The notes under the pieces: model-generated
What the model saw: only the letters and a program-made list of their open reading frames with translations
What the model was told of the DNA's origin: nothing
The model's database searches: none
In this document: positions 1 through 9,765 of the stretch, piece after piece
Layout: every line of letters starts with the position of its first letter
How positions within the stretch are numbered: position 1 is the first letter of the stretch
From: Urechidicola sp.
Lineage (GTDB): Bacteria; Bacteroidota; Bacteroidia; Flavobacteriales; Flavobacteriaceae
DNA length: 64,000 bases
Direction: 5' to 3'
Assembly: GCA_028599075.1 (NCBI GenBank)
Contig: JAQRMW010000277.1
Span: forward strand, 4,272-68,271
Made by a program: the position numbers and the translations under genes

Positions 1-178
1 TATAACTATTTACAAAATCACCAATAATATATAAACTATCAGCCTCATAAACTTTTAAATAATAAGGTATATAATCAACTTCCTGATTAGCAATATTTTT
101 TAAAGAAGTCTGTTTTGCATGTGAAGAACACGATAAAAAAAGAATCATAGAAAGTAGTAGTAAAAAAATTGTTTTCAT
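1..178 (-). CDS. 5' part of a putative lipoprotein gene that runs off the left edge (partial)
   Basis: ATG at 178-176 (minus) opens MKTIFLLLLSMILFLSCSSHAKQTSLK..., a signal peptide with a lipobox-like LSC. The frame stays open to base 2. It is too short to appear in the ORF track. Confidence 0.35.
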   Translation of the reverse strand, partial: MKTIFLLLLSMILFLSCSSHAKQTSLKNIANQEVDYIPYYLKVYEADSLYIIGDFVNSY

Positions 179-281
179 AACTGTGTTGTAAAATTGAGAT
201 TAAATATTTGTTTTTCTATTTATTTATGTACTAATAGTTAGTAAATTTTTACTTAATTTAGCAAAACCAAAATGATATTAT

Positions 282-638
282 ATGCAAATAGGCTCTAAAT
301 TAAAAAGAATACGTGAAAATAAGCGTATGTCACAGCAAGAAATTGCAGAGTTTTTAGATATTTCACAAAAAACCTATTCTAATATTGAGTGTGATAAAAG
401 CAAACCTTCTTTGCCTCAATTGTCAAAATTAAGTAAGTTTCTTGATTTTGATTTATTAGAATTATTACAGGAGCAAGGTATTACATTCAATCAAAAAAAG
501 AATAAAATTCATAATAATGGTATCATTCATAATAATTTTCCAATTGAGTTGAAAGAACAATACGAGGCACGTATTAATGATTTGCAAGAAATAAATTCGT
601 TACTAAAAGACAAAATTACTTCTTTAGAAAACAACTAA
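282..638 (+). CDS. XRE-family helix-turn-helix transcriptional regulator
   Basis: N-terminal HTH_3/XRE signature (LKRIRENKRMSQQEIAEFLDISQKTYSNIE). The C-terminal part looks like a coiled coil. A hairpin terminator follows directly. Confidence 0.85.
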   Translation: MQIGSKLKRIRENKRMSQQEIAEFLDISQKTYSNIECDKSKPSLPQLSKLSKFLDFDLLELLQEQGITFNQKKNKIHNNGIIHNNFPIELKEQYEARINDLQEINSLLKDKITSLENN

Positions 639-640
639 AA

Positions 641-668
641 AAAGCAATCTCACGTCTAAGATTGCTTT
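641..668 (+). terminator. hairpin terminator after the XRE gene
   Basis: AAAGCAATCT / AGATTGCTTT forms a 10-bp stem with an 8-nt loop. It starts 3 nt after the stop codon and has only a short T-rich tail. Confidence 0.55.
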
Positions 669-1150
669 CTCGTTATACACGATTTTACCTAAAAAACCCC
701 TGCTGTAATTATATTTTAAATTTAGTTATTCAATATTTTTTATTGGTAATTAACCATTCCACACACATTTTTCGCCATCACTTCTACCCTACCGTAAAAA
801 GAGTGTTCCATTAACATCGCAAAGAAACTAATCAGAAGAAAAAAATAAAAAAGTATGTTGTTTAACTTCGCTTTTACCAAAGCAAAGTAACATAATGCGG
901 TACATTATAGTACAAATACATTGTATAAGTAAAATAGCGAATACCGCGTATTTAACATAATTGCAGATATAATCAACACGTAGTGTTTTATATCGATAGT
1001 AATTATGTTACAACCATTTTACGACCAATACTTCAATAATAAAATCATTTAGTAGCTATAATGTAATATTATGTATAAAAATACCAACAGGTTTTAACTT
1101 CCATAATTATGCAAAATCCATTGATGGTACTAAATAAACAGAAACGTTCA

Positions 1151-2017
1151 TTATTCTTTCACCTCTAACTTATAACCAACTCCATGTATATTTGTTAATT
1201 TAATAGATGCATCTGCTATTAATTTTTTTCTGAGTTTAGAAATATAAGTATCTAAACTTCTACCTACAATTACTCCATGATCTTCCCAAACCCTCTTTGT
1301 TAACTCATCTCTTTTGATAATCTGATTTGGATTCTCAATAAAGATTGAAAGCAACTCACACTCCTTTTTTGACAGGTTTATTTCAACAGCTTCTTTTACC
1401 AACTTATTCTGATCTGGATAAAATTGAAAACACCCTATTGATTGATAATTACTTTTACTTCTTTCTTTTTCTTCTTTTGATTTGCTCGTGTAGAGAAAGT
1501 AAACAGCAAATAAAAACGCTAATGCAAAGAAAACAATTAAAGCTATTTGACTACTGCTAAAAGAACTTCCTTTATTTATAAAATGAATTTCAATAAGATA
1601 ACAATCCCTTTCTAAAACCCTACCAAAGCATGGAATGATACTTTTTTCTTCAGCACGTTTCATTTCATAGCTATACACAACTTCTTGGCTAGAACAAGAT
1701 TTAACTTCTACCAAATAGTATAATGGTAAAGAGGCTTTATTAATATTTTGCTTAATGATAGTCGTCAAATCACTTGGAGCAATTGAAAGTTTATTCTCAA
1801 AAGAGAGCTGAAACTTTCCTTTATTTAACTCAACTATTGGTAAAACTAAAGAAGTAGAATCTTGATTGCTTAATAATAGTTCGTGCCCTACAGCTCGGAG
1901 TGAAACTTTTACTTTTTCAGAAGTGCCATTCTTTGAGGTTTTAAACACCGTAAAACTTACAACAATAAAAACAAGTATTGTTAAACTAATAATAAAGTAA
2001 CTTTTTCTTTTGCCCAT
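1151..2017 (-). CDS. membrane-anchored transcriptional regulator with a C-terminal OmpR/PhoB-type winged-helix DNA-binding domain
   Basis: The C-terminus carries a trans_reg_C-like signature (ECELLSIFIENPNQIIKRDELTKRVWED...GRSLDTYISKLRKKL...IHGVGYKLE). Two hydrophobic segments (FIISLTILVFIVVSFTVF and IALIVFFALAFLFAVYFLY) flank a roughly 140-aa loop. I chose the internal ATG at 2017 (MGKRKSYF...) as the start; the ORF-track ORF extends to 2089. Confidence 0.75.
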   Translation of the reverse strand: MGKRKSYFIISLTILVFIVVSFTVFKTSKNGTSEKVKVSLRAVGHELLLSNQDSTSLVLPIVELNKGKFQLSFENKLSIAPSDLTTIIKQNINKASLPLYYLVEVKSCSSQEVVYSYEMKRAEEKSIIPCFGRVLERDCYLIEIHFINKGSSFSSSQIALIVFFALAFLFAVYFLYTSKSKEEKERSKSNYQSIGCFQFYPDQNKLVKEAVEINLSKKECELLSIFIENPNQIIKRDELTKRVWEDHGVIVGRSLDTYISKLRKKLIADASIKLTNIHGVGYKLEVKE

Positions 2018-2164
2018 ATGAAAAACAAATAACATACATTTTACTGACTTTTTACAATAGTTGACACTTCTTTTACATTCTTTTGACATATTCGGGTTAA
2101 GCTTCCTTTTAGTTTTACAATCAGATTAAAACAAATTGAATATTAACCTTAAATAAATTAAAAG

Positions 2165-2716
2165 ATGAACAATTTTATTTCACTCGTAATTGTACTATTG
2201 ACACTTTCAATAAGTACAAACCAGCCATTAACAGATGCTACTTTAAAAAACATTAAAGATGAAAGGCCTGTTACCTTTAAGGAGTTTTCCGTAAACCATG
2301 AAGATTATACACTTCATTTCAGTTTAGAAAATAGTAAAGACCTACAGCATATATTGGTTGTCGCCATGGAATTACACAATGATTCTTACTACGTTTCTCC
2401 AAACTCTAAAAGAGATTTTAAAGGAAAATTTAGAGGAGATTTTGGCACTACAGAAAGTATTGAATTTTATGGTGACTTTATTGAAACCCCTCTATCAGTT
2501 GAAGAATATGATCCACATCCATTTGTAAGGGGTACTATTAATTGGGTAAGAGAAGACACAACCTATAAACAGTTATTACTTTTAAAAACCCAAGAGAATT
2601 TTCAAGTATATGGTAGAATTATATTTACAATTGAACCACGTTGCACGCTAGAACAGATTCCTTTCTCACTAGTTTATGAAGACGGTGAGTTGGTATTTGT
2701 AGATGCCAAATGTTAA
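2165..2716 (+). CDS. hypothetical secreted protein
   Basis: 183-aa ORF with an N-terminal hydrophobic signal-like segment (FISLVIVLLTLSIS). It is divergent from the membrane wHTH regulator. I do not recognise the family with confidence. Confidence 0.6.
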   Translation: MNNFISLVIVLLTLSISTNQPLTDATLKNIKDERPVTFKEFSVNHEDYTLHFSLENSKDLQHILVVAMELHNDSYYVSPNSKRDFKGKFRGDFGTTESIEFYGDFIETPLSVEEYDPHPFVRGTINWVREDTTYKQLLLLKTQENFQVYGRIIFTIEPRCTLEQIPFSLVYEDGELVFVDAKC

Positions 2717-2721
2717 TGAAA

Positions 2722-3135
2722 TTATTTAGCGGTCAATTCATCTACATATAACATATAGGTAGCAATGGCGTCCAATTCTTCATCAGTAATGTTTTTTAAG
2801 AAGCCATCAATATTATCTTGCATTATTGCTACTTGACTAGCAGTAGTATCTACAATAGGTTCTGAATTTCCTTTTAAAAAGGCAACAATATCTGCATCAT
2901 TTTCTTTGTAAACATGCATAATATCAACAACCGATGGGCCTATTTTCTTTTTATTTACAGCATGACAAGTGATACAAGTTTTTTCTGAAAACAATCGATT
3001 CCCAAAAAATATTTTTGAATCTCGGCTTAATTCTGGTCGTTCAGCAGGATTATTATCAATACTTTTTTCTGTTTTTTTATCTGCATTACAACTGCTAAGC
3101 AGAAGAATTGCTACAGTAAATATAAATAAACGCAT
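2722..3135 (-). CDS. c-type cytochrome (class I, lipoprotein-type signal)
   Basis: Single CXXCH haem-binding motif (CITCH). The signal peptide ends in LSSC (lipobox-like). Size is about 137 aa. Confidence 0.8.
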   Translation of the reverse strand: MRLFIFTVAILLLSSCNADKKTEKSIDNNPAERPELSRDSKIFFGNRLFSEKTCITCHAVNKKKIGPSVVDIMHVYKENDADIVAFLKGNSEPIVDTTASQVAIMQDNIDGFLKNITDEELDAIATYMLYVDELTAK

Positions 3136-3245
3136 AATAGTTTCTTTGAGTTTTATAATTTAAAAAGAAGATTTGTCTAAAATAGATAATATTACAAGCA
3201 TTAACAAATTGATGGCTTTATTCTATTTATATATAAACATATTGA

Positions 3246-4925
3246 TTATAGAATAACAGCCTTTAAAATAGCTGTTCCACTTTTTGTCTGAATAGAAATT
3301 ATATACACACCTGCTTGCAACTTTCGCCCATCGTAATTTCTTGCATTCCAATTAATCTTTTGTTTACCACTGTTTACAAATTCATCCAGTAGCGTGTTCA
3401 CTTTTCTACCTAATAAGTCATGCACTTCAACTATTATATGTTCTTCATTTTTCGCATCAAATGTAATGGTAGTTTCTTCTTTAAACGGATTAGGATAATT
3501 ACTAGCGTTTAAAACGTTATTAGCAAAATCTTCAGTTCCTAAAGGTATAGCATGATTTATATGTGTATAATAGACATCTTGCCCCCCGTTAATAGTATTT
3601 GCCCAAGCCAAATGTACACCTTCATCATCCGAAACCATATCAAAATAGTCGCCCATTTTTTGTTGATTTGGATAGCCAATATTTGGATTAAACGCAATGG
3701 ATATCGCTTCGTTTGTAGACCAAGTATCTCCTTGACTTGTAGAGAAAGAATAATATAAAACCGATTCATTTGTATCTGTAGAAGCATCACGTGTATCTAA
3801 CCAAACTACATCAATACGTCCATTGGGTGCTATTGACATAGTGCCAAACCATTGGTAATTATCTGTACTAGCATCTGCATTTATTCTAATTGGCGCATTA
3901 AAAGTTTGCCCTCCATCTGTACTTTTAGCAAACATAACATCAGCAGGGTCACTGTTAGAAGTGCGATCTACCGTTGCCAGGGCATATACATTTCCATGGC
4001 CAACATCACCAGATATATCTACAGCTACCCACATTTGACCTAATAATCCAACAGGGTTTACTAGTGAGCCCGCTCCTTTCAAGCTCCCATCCAAATCAAC
4101 CACTGAATACGAATCGAAAGTAACAGGAATACTGGTGTCTTTTGCTGTAGTAGATTTTACAACAATGAGTCCAGCAGAACTTGTACCTGCAACATACAAT
4201 GTGCCATCAGCATCTACAGTCATCGTACCCCATTTTGGAGAACCATCAATAGGTTCGCAATTTTCAAAAGTAATACAACTATCTGTTGACCGTGTAAAAT
4301 CGTTTGAATTACAAGACGAATAATTTTTATCCCAAAAAGAATAATTATTCCCAGCTCCTATCCCCTCAGATCTATCAATTGCCATCCATTGCTTGTCGCC
4401 TCCTCTAGCAGATACTGGACTGCCCCATGTTACACCGCCATCTGTAATGCTAAAAACTTCGCATTCATAAGAAGATAATAGACTATTGTAATAAAAATTT
4501 CCTTCAGCATTAAAATCCAAAACAGGGTCTGTATGATAAACTCCAGGATCTAATACTCCGGGGAATGTCCATGTCAAGCCTCCATCATTAGAATATCCAA
4601 AACCTGCTTGTCTAAAATTGCTAGCAACAGTATCAAATTGTCGCCAACCAATTACTATTCTGTTTGGGTTAGTTGGATCAACTGCAATAGATGGTTCATT
4701 AGCAGCATCACCAATAATATCGTTACCATTGACATCAACATTTACCTGCACTGTAAAATAATCTGCATTTGCAACTCGATATGAGCTTCCTTTTTGCATA
4801 CTTTCTCGTGATACATAAATATAAGCATCCTCTTGCTGCTCCTTATACACTTCTTCTTGTGCAAAGAGCATCCATGGTGTCATGAATAATAGGCATATCA
4901 GTTTGCAGTAGTAATTTCTTTTCAT
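3246..4925 (-). CDS. BNR/Asp-box repeat (sialidase-like beta-propeller) protein with a T9SS C-terminal sorting domain
   Basis: Four Asp-box motifs (SNDGGLTWT, ITDGGVTWG, STDGGQTF, STSQGDTWS) and a signal peptide. The C-terminal roughly 80 aa (NYPNPFKEETTITF...GVYIISIQT...) match the T9SS type-A CTD pattern. Confidence 0.8.
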   Translation of the reverse strand: MKRNYYCKLICLLFMTPWMLFAQEEVYKEQQEDAYIYVSRESMQKGSSYRVANADYFTVQVNVDVNGNDIIGDAANEPSIAVDPTNPNRIVIGWRQFDTVASNFRQAGFGYSNDGGLTWTFPGVLDPGVYHTDPVLDFNAEGNFYYNSLLSSYECEVFSITDGGVTWGSPVSARGGDKQWMAIDRSEGIGAGNNYSFWDKNYSSCNSNDFTRSTDSCITFENCEPIDGSPKWGTMTVDADGTLYVAGTSSAGLIVVKSTTAKDTSIPVTFDSYSVVDLDGSLKGAGSLVNPVGLLGQMWVAVDISGDVGHGNVYALATVDRTSNSDPADVMFAKSTDGGQTFNAPIRINADASTDNYQWFGTMSIAPNGRIDVVWLDTRDASTDTNESVLYYSFSTSQGDTWSTNEAISIAFNPNIGYPNQQKMGDYFDMVSDDEGVHLAWANTINGGQDVYYTHINHAIPLGTEDFANNVLNASNYPNPFKEETTITFDAKNEEHIIVEVHDLLGRKVNTLLDEFVNSGKQKINWNARNYDGRKLQAGVYIISIQTKSGTAILKAVIL

Positions 4926-5172
4926 AGATTAGTTTTTGGTAGCTTATGAGGATTGCTGGTTATACTTAAAAAGCCCTCTAAGCTAACTATCAAATTTAGA
5001 TATAGTTACATTAATATTTTATGATAATTATCATAGGAGTAAATTAATTGTGTCAATCTACCTCGTATGAACTATTATATCATATGGTAAAATTTTCATT
5101 TTTATAAAAGTTTAGTATCTTCACATCATCAAATAAAAAAACACTTTCAAAATAAAACCCACTCTATAATAC

Positions 5173-7359
5173 ATGCCAACAAAAAATAAATTCGGCGCAT
5201 TTGCTGGTGTATTTACACCATCAATCCTTACTGTTTTAGGAGTTATAATGTACATGCGTTTAGGATGGGTTGTAGGTAATGCAGGACTCCTTGGTGCAAT
5301 CGCCATTATCATTATAGCGCATGTAATTGCTGTTACAACGGGCTTAAGTGTTTCTTCTGTTGCAACTGATAAAAAAATTGGTGCTGGTGGAATTTATTAT
5401 GTGCTTTCTAGAAGTATGGGAATTCCCATCGGTGGCTCTATTGGGATTGCGCTGTTTATTGGAACTGCTTTTTCTATTGCGCTATATTTAATTGGTTTTG
5501 CTGAAAGCTTGAATGGCTATTTTGGCTTCGGAATGACTACTAACGACTTTAGATTTACTGGTACCATTGCACTTGTATCTATAACTATCATCGCTTTGAT
5601 TAGTACTTCATTTGCATTAAAAACGCAATTTATAATTCTTGCAGCAATTGTCATTTCATTAGTCTCTATCTTTTTTGGAACTTCACAATATATTCCTGAG
5701 ACGATTCATTTTTTACCTAGTAATACTGCAGTACCTTTAGAGGTTGTATTCGCTATATTCTTTCCGGCAGTAACAGGGTTTACAGCAGGTATTGCCATGA
5801 GCGGAGATTTAGAAGACCCTAAAAAATCTATTCCAGTGGGCACACTTGCTGCAATAGGTGTGGGACTTGTAATATATATCGCCCTTGCTGTTTTTATTGC
5901 TTTTAATGTTGATAGCTCAGTGCTAAAAACAGATTATAATTTCTTGATGAAAATTGCCCTCTTTGCCCCAGCTGTTGTAGCGGGTATTTGGGGTGCTACC
6001 CTCTCCTCTGCGTTGGGTGGAATCCTAGGTGGCCCTAGAATATTACAAGCCATGTCTATCGATAAAGTTACACCCAGGTTATTTGGTAAAGGTCGTGGTA
6101 AAAATAACGAACCAATCAGAGCATTATTAGTTGTGTTTCTAATTGCCGAAGCTGGTATTTTAATTGGAGAGCTAGATGTCATTGCGCGAGTAGTTTCTAT
6201 GTTTTATTTAACTGCTTATGGATTTATCAACATATCCTATTTTTTAGAAAGTTGGGCAAACCCAGACTTTCAACCTACTTTTAAGATAAAACGTTGGATT
6301 GGCCTACTTGGTTTTATAGCTTGTTTTGCTGTGATGTTTAAGTTAGATATGTTTGCTATGATTGCCGCACTTACTGTAATTGGTGTTCTTTATACTGGTC
6401 TACAACGGAAAGAAGTCAAACTGCAATCTAATGATGTATGGCGAAGTGTTTGGGAAAATGTAGTAAATAAAGGGCTCAAAAGAATTGATGCTAAAGTTGA
6501 TGAAAATACCAATTGGAATCCAAATATAATTCTATTTTCTGGCCGTAGCGACCATCAATCTTATTTATTAGAATTGGGTAAAACAGTTTCTGGTCGAACA
6601 GGGATTGTTACAAATTTTAAACTGATACTCGACAAAAATAATGATAAGCCTCCTTTAAAGAAAACTGAACAAGTTGTACAAGATGATACTTTTAAAGACC
6701 TTGGTATTTTTGCAAGACAAATTAAGGTAGATAATATTTATACTGGCATTACAAACATTGCCTCTACCTTCGGATTCTCTGGTGTAGAACCCAATACCAT
6801 TATGATGGGATGGCCTAAAGGCCTAGAAAACTCTACCGAATATGCTAAAATGACCGAAACCCTTTTGTATCTAGATTACAACTTACTCTATTTAGATTTT
6901 GATAGAAAAACAAAATTTGGTAATTACAATACGGTCGATCTATGGTGGAGAGAAACCGATAGTAAAAATGCCGAAATGATGTTGAACATAGCACGTTTTA
7001 TCATTGCATCTCAAAAGTGGAACAATACAAATATTAGAGTACTTTTTGTAAATAACAACAATGTTGACAAAACTATAATCTATTCAAAAATAAGTAAACT
7101 GGTAGAAGATTTAAGGGTAAATGTTGCCATCAAAATAATTAACAATGCAGTAGAGCAAAAACCTTTTTATGAGCTCATAGAAGAGCAATCTATGCACACC
7201 GATTTGACCTTAGTTGGTATTCCTAATTATCAAATTGAAAAGCAAGCTGAGTTTGTGTTAAAAACAAATCAACTCTTCGAATCTATCGGCTCTACCCTCA
7301 TGGTAAAAGCTGCCAATAATTTTAATGTCCTCGATTTAGATTTTATAAAAAGTGAATAA
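5173..7359 (+). CDS. SLC12/cation-chloride-cotransporter-like APC-superfamily permease with a large cytoplasmic C-terminal domain
   Basis: The N-terminus FGAFAGVFTPSILTVLGVIMYMRLGWVVGNAG is typical of CCC/SLC12 homologues. About 12 hydrophobic segments are followed by a roughly 270-aa soluble tail. Confidence 0.8.
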   Translation: MPTKNKFGAFAGVFTPSILTVLGVIMYMRLGWVVGNAGLLGAIAIIIIAHVIAVTTGLSVSSVATDKKIGAGGIYYVLSRSMGIPIGGSIGIALFIGTAFSIALYLIGFAESLNGYFGFGMTTNDFRFTGTIALVSITIIALISTSFALKTQFIILAAIVISLVSIFFGTSQYIPETIHFLPSNTAVPLEVVFAIFFPAVTGFTAGIAMSGDLEDPKKSIPVGTLAAIGVGLVIYIALAVFIAFNVDSSVLKTDYNFLMKIALFAPAVVAGIWGATLSSALGGILGGPRILQAMSIDKVTPRLFGKGRGKNNEPIRALLVVFLIAEAGILIGELDVIARVVSMFYLTAYGFINISYFLESWANPDFQPTFKIKRWIGLLGFIACFAVMFKLDMFAMIAALTVIGVLYTGLQRKEVKLQSNDVWRSVWENVVNKGLKRIDAKVDENTNWNPNIILFSGRSDHQSYLLELGKTVSGRTGIVTNFKLILDKNNDKPPLKKTEQVVQDDTFKDLGIFARQIKVDNIYTGITNIASTFGFSGVEPNTIMMGWPKGLENSTEYAKMTETLLYLDYNLLYLDFDRKTKFGNYNTVDLWWRETDSKNAEMMLNIARFIIASQKWNNTNIRVLFVNNNNVDKTIIYSKISKLVEDLRVNVAIKIINNAVEQKPFYELIEEQSMHTDLTLVGIPNYQIEKQAEFVLKTNQLFESIGSTLMVKAANNFNVLDLDFIKSE

Positions 7360-7441
7360 CATTTATGACTTGTATTAAATTACAATTTCTTTTAATTGGT
7401 TATTTTGCACCAACTTTAACTAAAACAAAATACACCAAAAT

Positions 7442-9721
7442 TTGAAAGTCTGTATTGCTGAAAAACCAAGTGTAGCACGCGAAATAGCAAACGTATTAGG
7501 AGCCAAAACAAAACGCGATGGCTACTTTGAAGGCAACGGTTATGCAGTTACATACACCTTTGGGCATCTCTGTACTTTATACGAGCCTAATGATTACAAA
7601 CCACATTGGAAAAGCTGGGATTTAAACAATCTACCGATGTTGCCAGAAAAATTTTTGACCAAGGTTTCAAAAAATGAAGGCATCCAAAAGCAATTTAATA
7701 TTGTAAAGAATTTATTTGACAAAGCAACGGTAGTCATAAACTGTGGTGATGCTGGACAAGAGGGTGAACTCATTCAACGATGGGTACAAAATCAAGCAAA
7801 CTATAATGGAGAAATAAAAAGGCTTTGGATATCCTCTCTTACCACCGAAGCGATTAAAGAAGGTTTTCAAAACTTAAAACCTTCTGCCGATTATGATAAC
7901 CTATTTTATGCGGGGTTCTCAAGAGCAATTGGAGATTGGTTACTTGGAATGAATGCTACCAGACTTTATACCGTTAAGCATGGTGGCTACAAACAAATGC
8001 TATCTGTAGGTCGTGTGCAAACACCAACCTTGGCAATGGTGGTAAAACGGTTTTTAGAGATTCAAAATTTTCAACCCCAACCCTACTGGGAGTTGCAAAC
8101 TAAGTATAGAGACACCTTATTTAATTATGGAGAAGGTCGGTTTTTGAAAAAGGAAGATGGAGAAAAATTAGCTGACAAAGTAAAAGAAAGTGATTTTGAA
8201 ATTACATCAATCACCAAAAAGAAAGGAAAAGAATATGCTCCAAAACTTTTTGATCTAACTGGGTTACAAGTGTATTGCAATACCAAATTTGGATTTACTG
8301 CCGATGAAACGCTAAAGATTGTCCAAAAATTATATGAACAAAAAGTAGTGACCTATCCAAGAGTTGATACTACTTTCTTGCCAAATGATGTATATCCTAA
8401 AGTTCCGAGTATCTTAAAGAATTTGACGAAGTTTCAAAACTTAACACAAACACTTTTAGGTAAAAAGATAAAAAAATCATCCAAAGTATTTAATGATAAA
8501 AAAGTAACAGATCACCATGCTATCATTCCGACAGGGATGCAAATTAGCTTGCAATACAATCAGCAAGTGGTGTATGATATTATTGTAAAGAGATTTATCG
8601 CTGTTTTTTATGAAGATTGTTCAGTTGCAAATACTACAGTAATTGGTAAAGCTGCAGATGTGTCTTTTAAAACTACAGGCAAAGAAATTTTGGACAAAGG
8701 ATGGAGAGTTGTTTTTGAGACACCAGAATCAAAAGAGAAAAAGGAAACAGGAATTCTTCCAACTTTTACTAAAGGTGAAAAAGGAGAGCACATTCCTACT
8801 TTTGTTGAAAAGCAAACCAAAGCACCCAATCAATTTACGGAAGCAACTTTGCTACGTGCAATGGAAACTGCTGGTAAGCAAGTAGATGATGATGAGATGC
8901 GAGAACTAATGAAAGAAAATGGTATTGGAAGGCCTTCTACCAGAGCGAATATTATTGAAACTTTGTTTAGACGTAAGTATGTTATCCGTAAAAAGAAACA
9001 ATTATTACCAACTGATACTGGTATTCGATTGATTGCCACCATCAAAAATGAATTGCTGAAATCTGCCGAATTAACAGGGCGCTGGGAAAAGCGATTGAAA
9101 GAAATTGAACGTGGCGAGTTTAATGCAGGTACATTTATCAAGAACATGAAAAAAATGGTAGATGAATTGGTATATGAGGTACGGATGGAAAAAGTTAAGG
9201 CAAATATTACGCATACCGCTAAAGCTGTAAAACCTAAGAAAGTAGTTAAAAACTCCAACGGAATTACATCTGAAAAATGTCCTAAGTGCAAAGAAGGCTA
9301 TTTATTAAAAGGCTCATCTGCTTACGGATGTAGTGCTTATAAATCAGGTTGTGATTTTACGCTTCCCTTTAAATTTGAAGCAAAAAAAATATCAGAAAAA
9401 CAATTTATTAGACTACTTAATAAAGGATCTACAGTTAATCTTAAAGGCTTTAAAACAAAAGAAGGGACCGTCGAAGGTCTTTTGCGTCTTGATGAAAACT
9501 ACCATTTGGTATTAGAGAAAAAGAAAGGCAAAATTCCGGAAGTATTATCTTGTCCAAAATGTAAGAGCGGTACTATCCTAAAAGGGAAAACTGCATACGG
9601 GTGTAGCAATTATAAGTCTGGATGTAATTTTAAAATTACTTTTGAAGCTATCCGAATAAAGGCTACAGGCAATTCTCTTACAAAAGAATTAGTAGCTAAA
9701 ATAATAAAGGAATCAATTTGA
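7442..9721 (+). CDS. topB: DNA topoisomerase III (type IA) with two C-terminal zinc-ribbon repeats
   Basis: Toprim N-terminus (MKVCIAEKPSVAREIA) and topo IA core motifs (GRVQTPTL, TYPRVDT). It carries two CPKCK...YGCS.YKSGC.F repeats. The apparent start is TTG at 7442, because the homology begins at the first codon. Confidence 0.9.
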   Translation: MKVCIAEKPSVAREIANVLGAKTKRDGYFEGNGYAVTYTFGHLCTLYEPNDYKPHWKSWDLNNLPMLPEKFLTKVSKNEGIQKQFNIVKNLFDKATVVINCGDAGQEGELIQRWVQNQANYNGEIKRLWISSLTTEAIKEGFQNLKPSADYDNLFYAGFSRAIGDWLLGMNATRLYTVKHGGYKQMLSVGRVQTPTLAMVVKRFLEIQNFQPQPYWELQTKYRDTLFNYGEGRFLKKEDGEKLADKVKESDFEITSITKKKGKEYAPKLFDLTGLQVYCNTKFGFTADETLKIVQKLYEQKVVTYPRVDTTFLPNDVYPKVPSILKNLTKFQNLTQTLLGKKIKKSSKVFNDKKVTDHHAIIPTGMQISLQYNQQVVYDIIVKRFIAVFYEDCSVANTTVIGKAADVSFKTTGKEILDKGWRVVFETPESKEKKETGILPTFTKGEKGEHIPTFVEKQTKAPNQFTEATLLRAMETAGKQVDDDEMRELMKENGIGRPSTRANIIETLFRRKYVIRKKKQLLPTDTGIRLIATIKNELLKSAELTGRWEKRLKEIERGEFNAGTFIKNMKKMVDELVYEVRMEKVKANITHTAKAVKPKKVVKNSNGITSEKCPKCKEGYLLKGSSAYGCSAYKSGCDFTLPFKFEAKKISEKQFIRLLNKGSTVNLKGFKTKEGTVEGLLRLDENYHLVLEKKKGKIPEVLSCPKCKSGTILKGKTAYGCSNYKSGCNFKITFEAIRIKATGNSLTKELVAKIIKESI

Positions 9722-9743
9722 GTTTTCTCTCATTGATTCCTTT
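9706..9743. terminator. hairpin overlapping the topB stop codon; possible bidirectional terminator
   Basis: AAAGGAATCAAT ... ATTGATTCCTTT forms a 12-bp stem with a 14-nt loop. The T-rich tail is on the minus-strand side, so it probably also serves the convergent gene 9766-10488. Confidence 0.5.
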
Positions 9744-9765
9744 AAAAAAGTTTGTTTAAAATTTA

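Noticed and set aside
2018-2089. The extended 5' ends given by the ORF track for several genes (starts at 2089, 10539, 16248, 21130, 26806, 31309, 33844 and 43202)
   Set aside because: The extra N-terminal residues precede the conserved N-terminus or signal peptide, are not homologous to known family members, and in one case (16248) overlap leuD. Internal ATGs give canonical N-termini.
7442-9721. Topoisomerase III as a marker of an integrated conjugative element
   Set aside because: No integrase, relaxase, tra, mob or partition genes occur nearby, and there is no tRNA-adjacent boundary. The flanks are a transporter gene and ordinary chromosomal genes.
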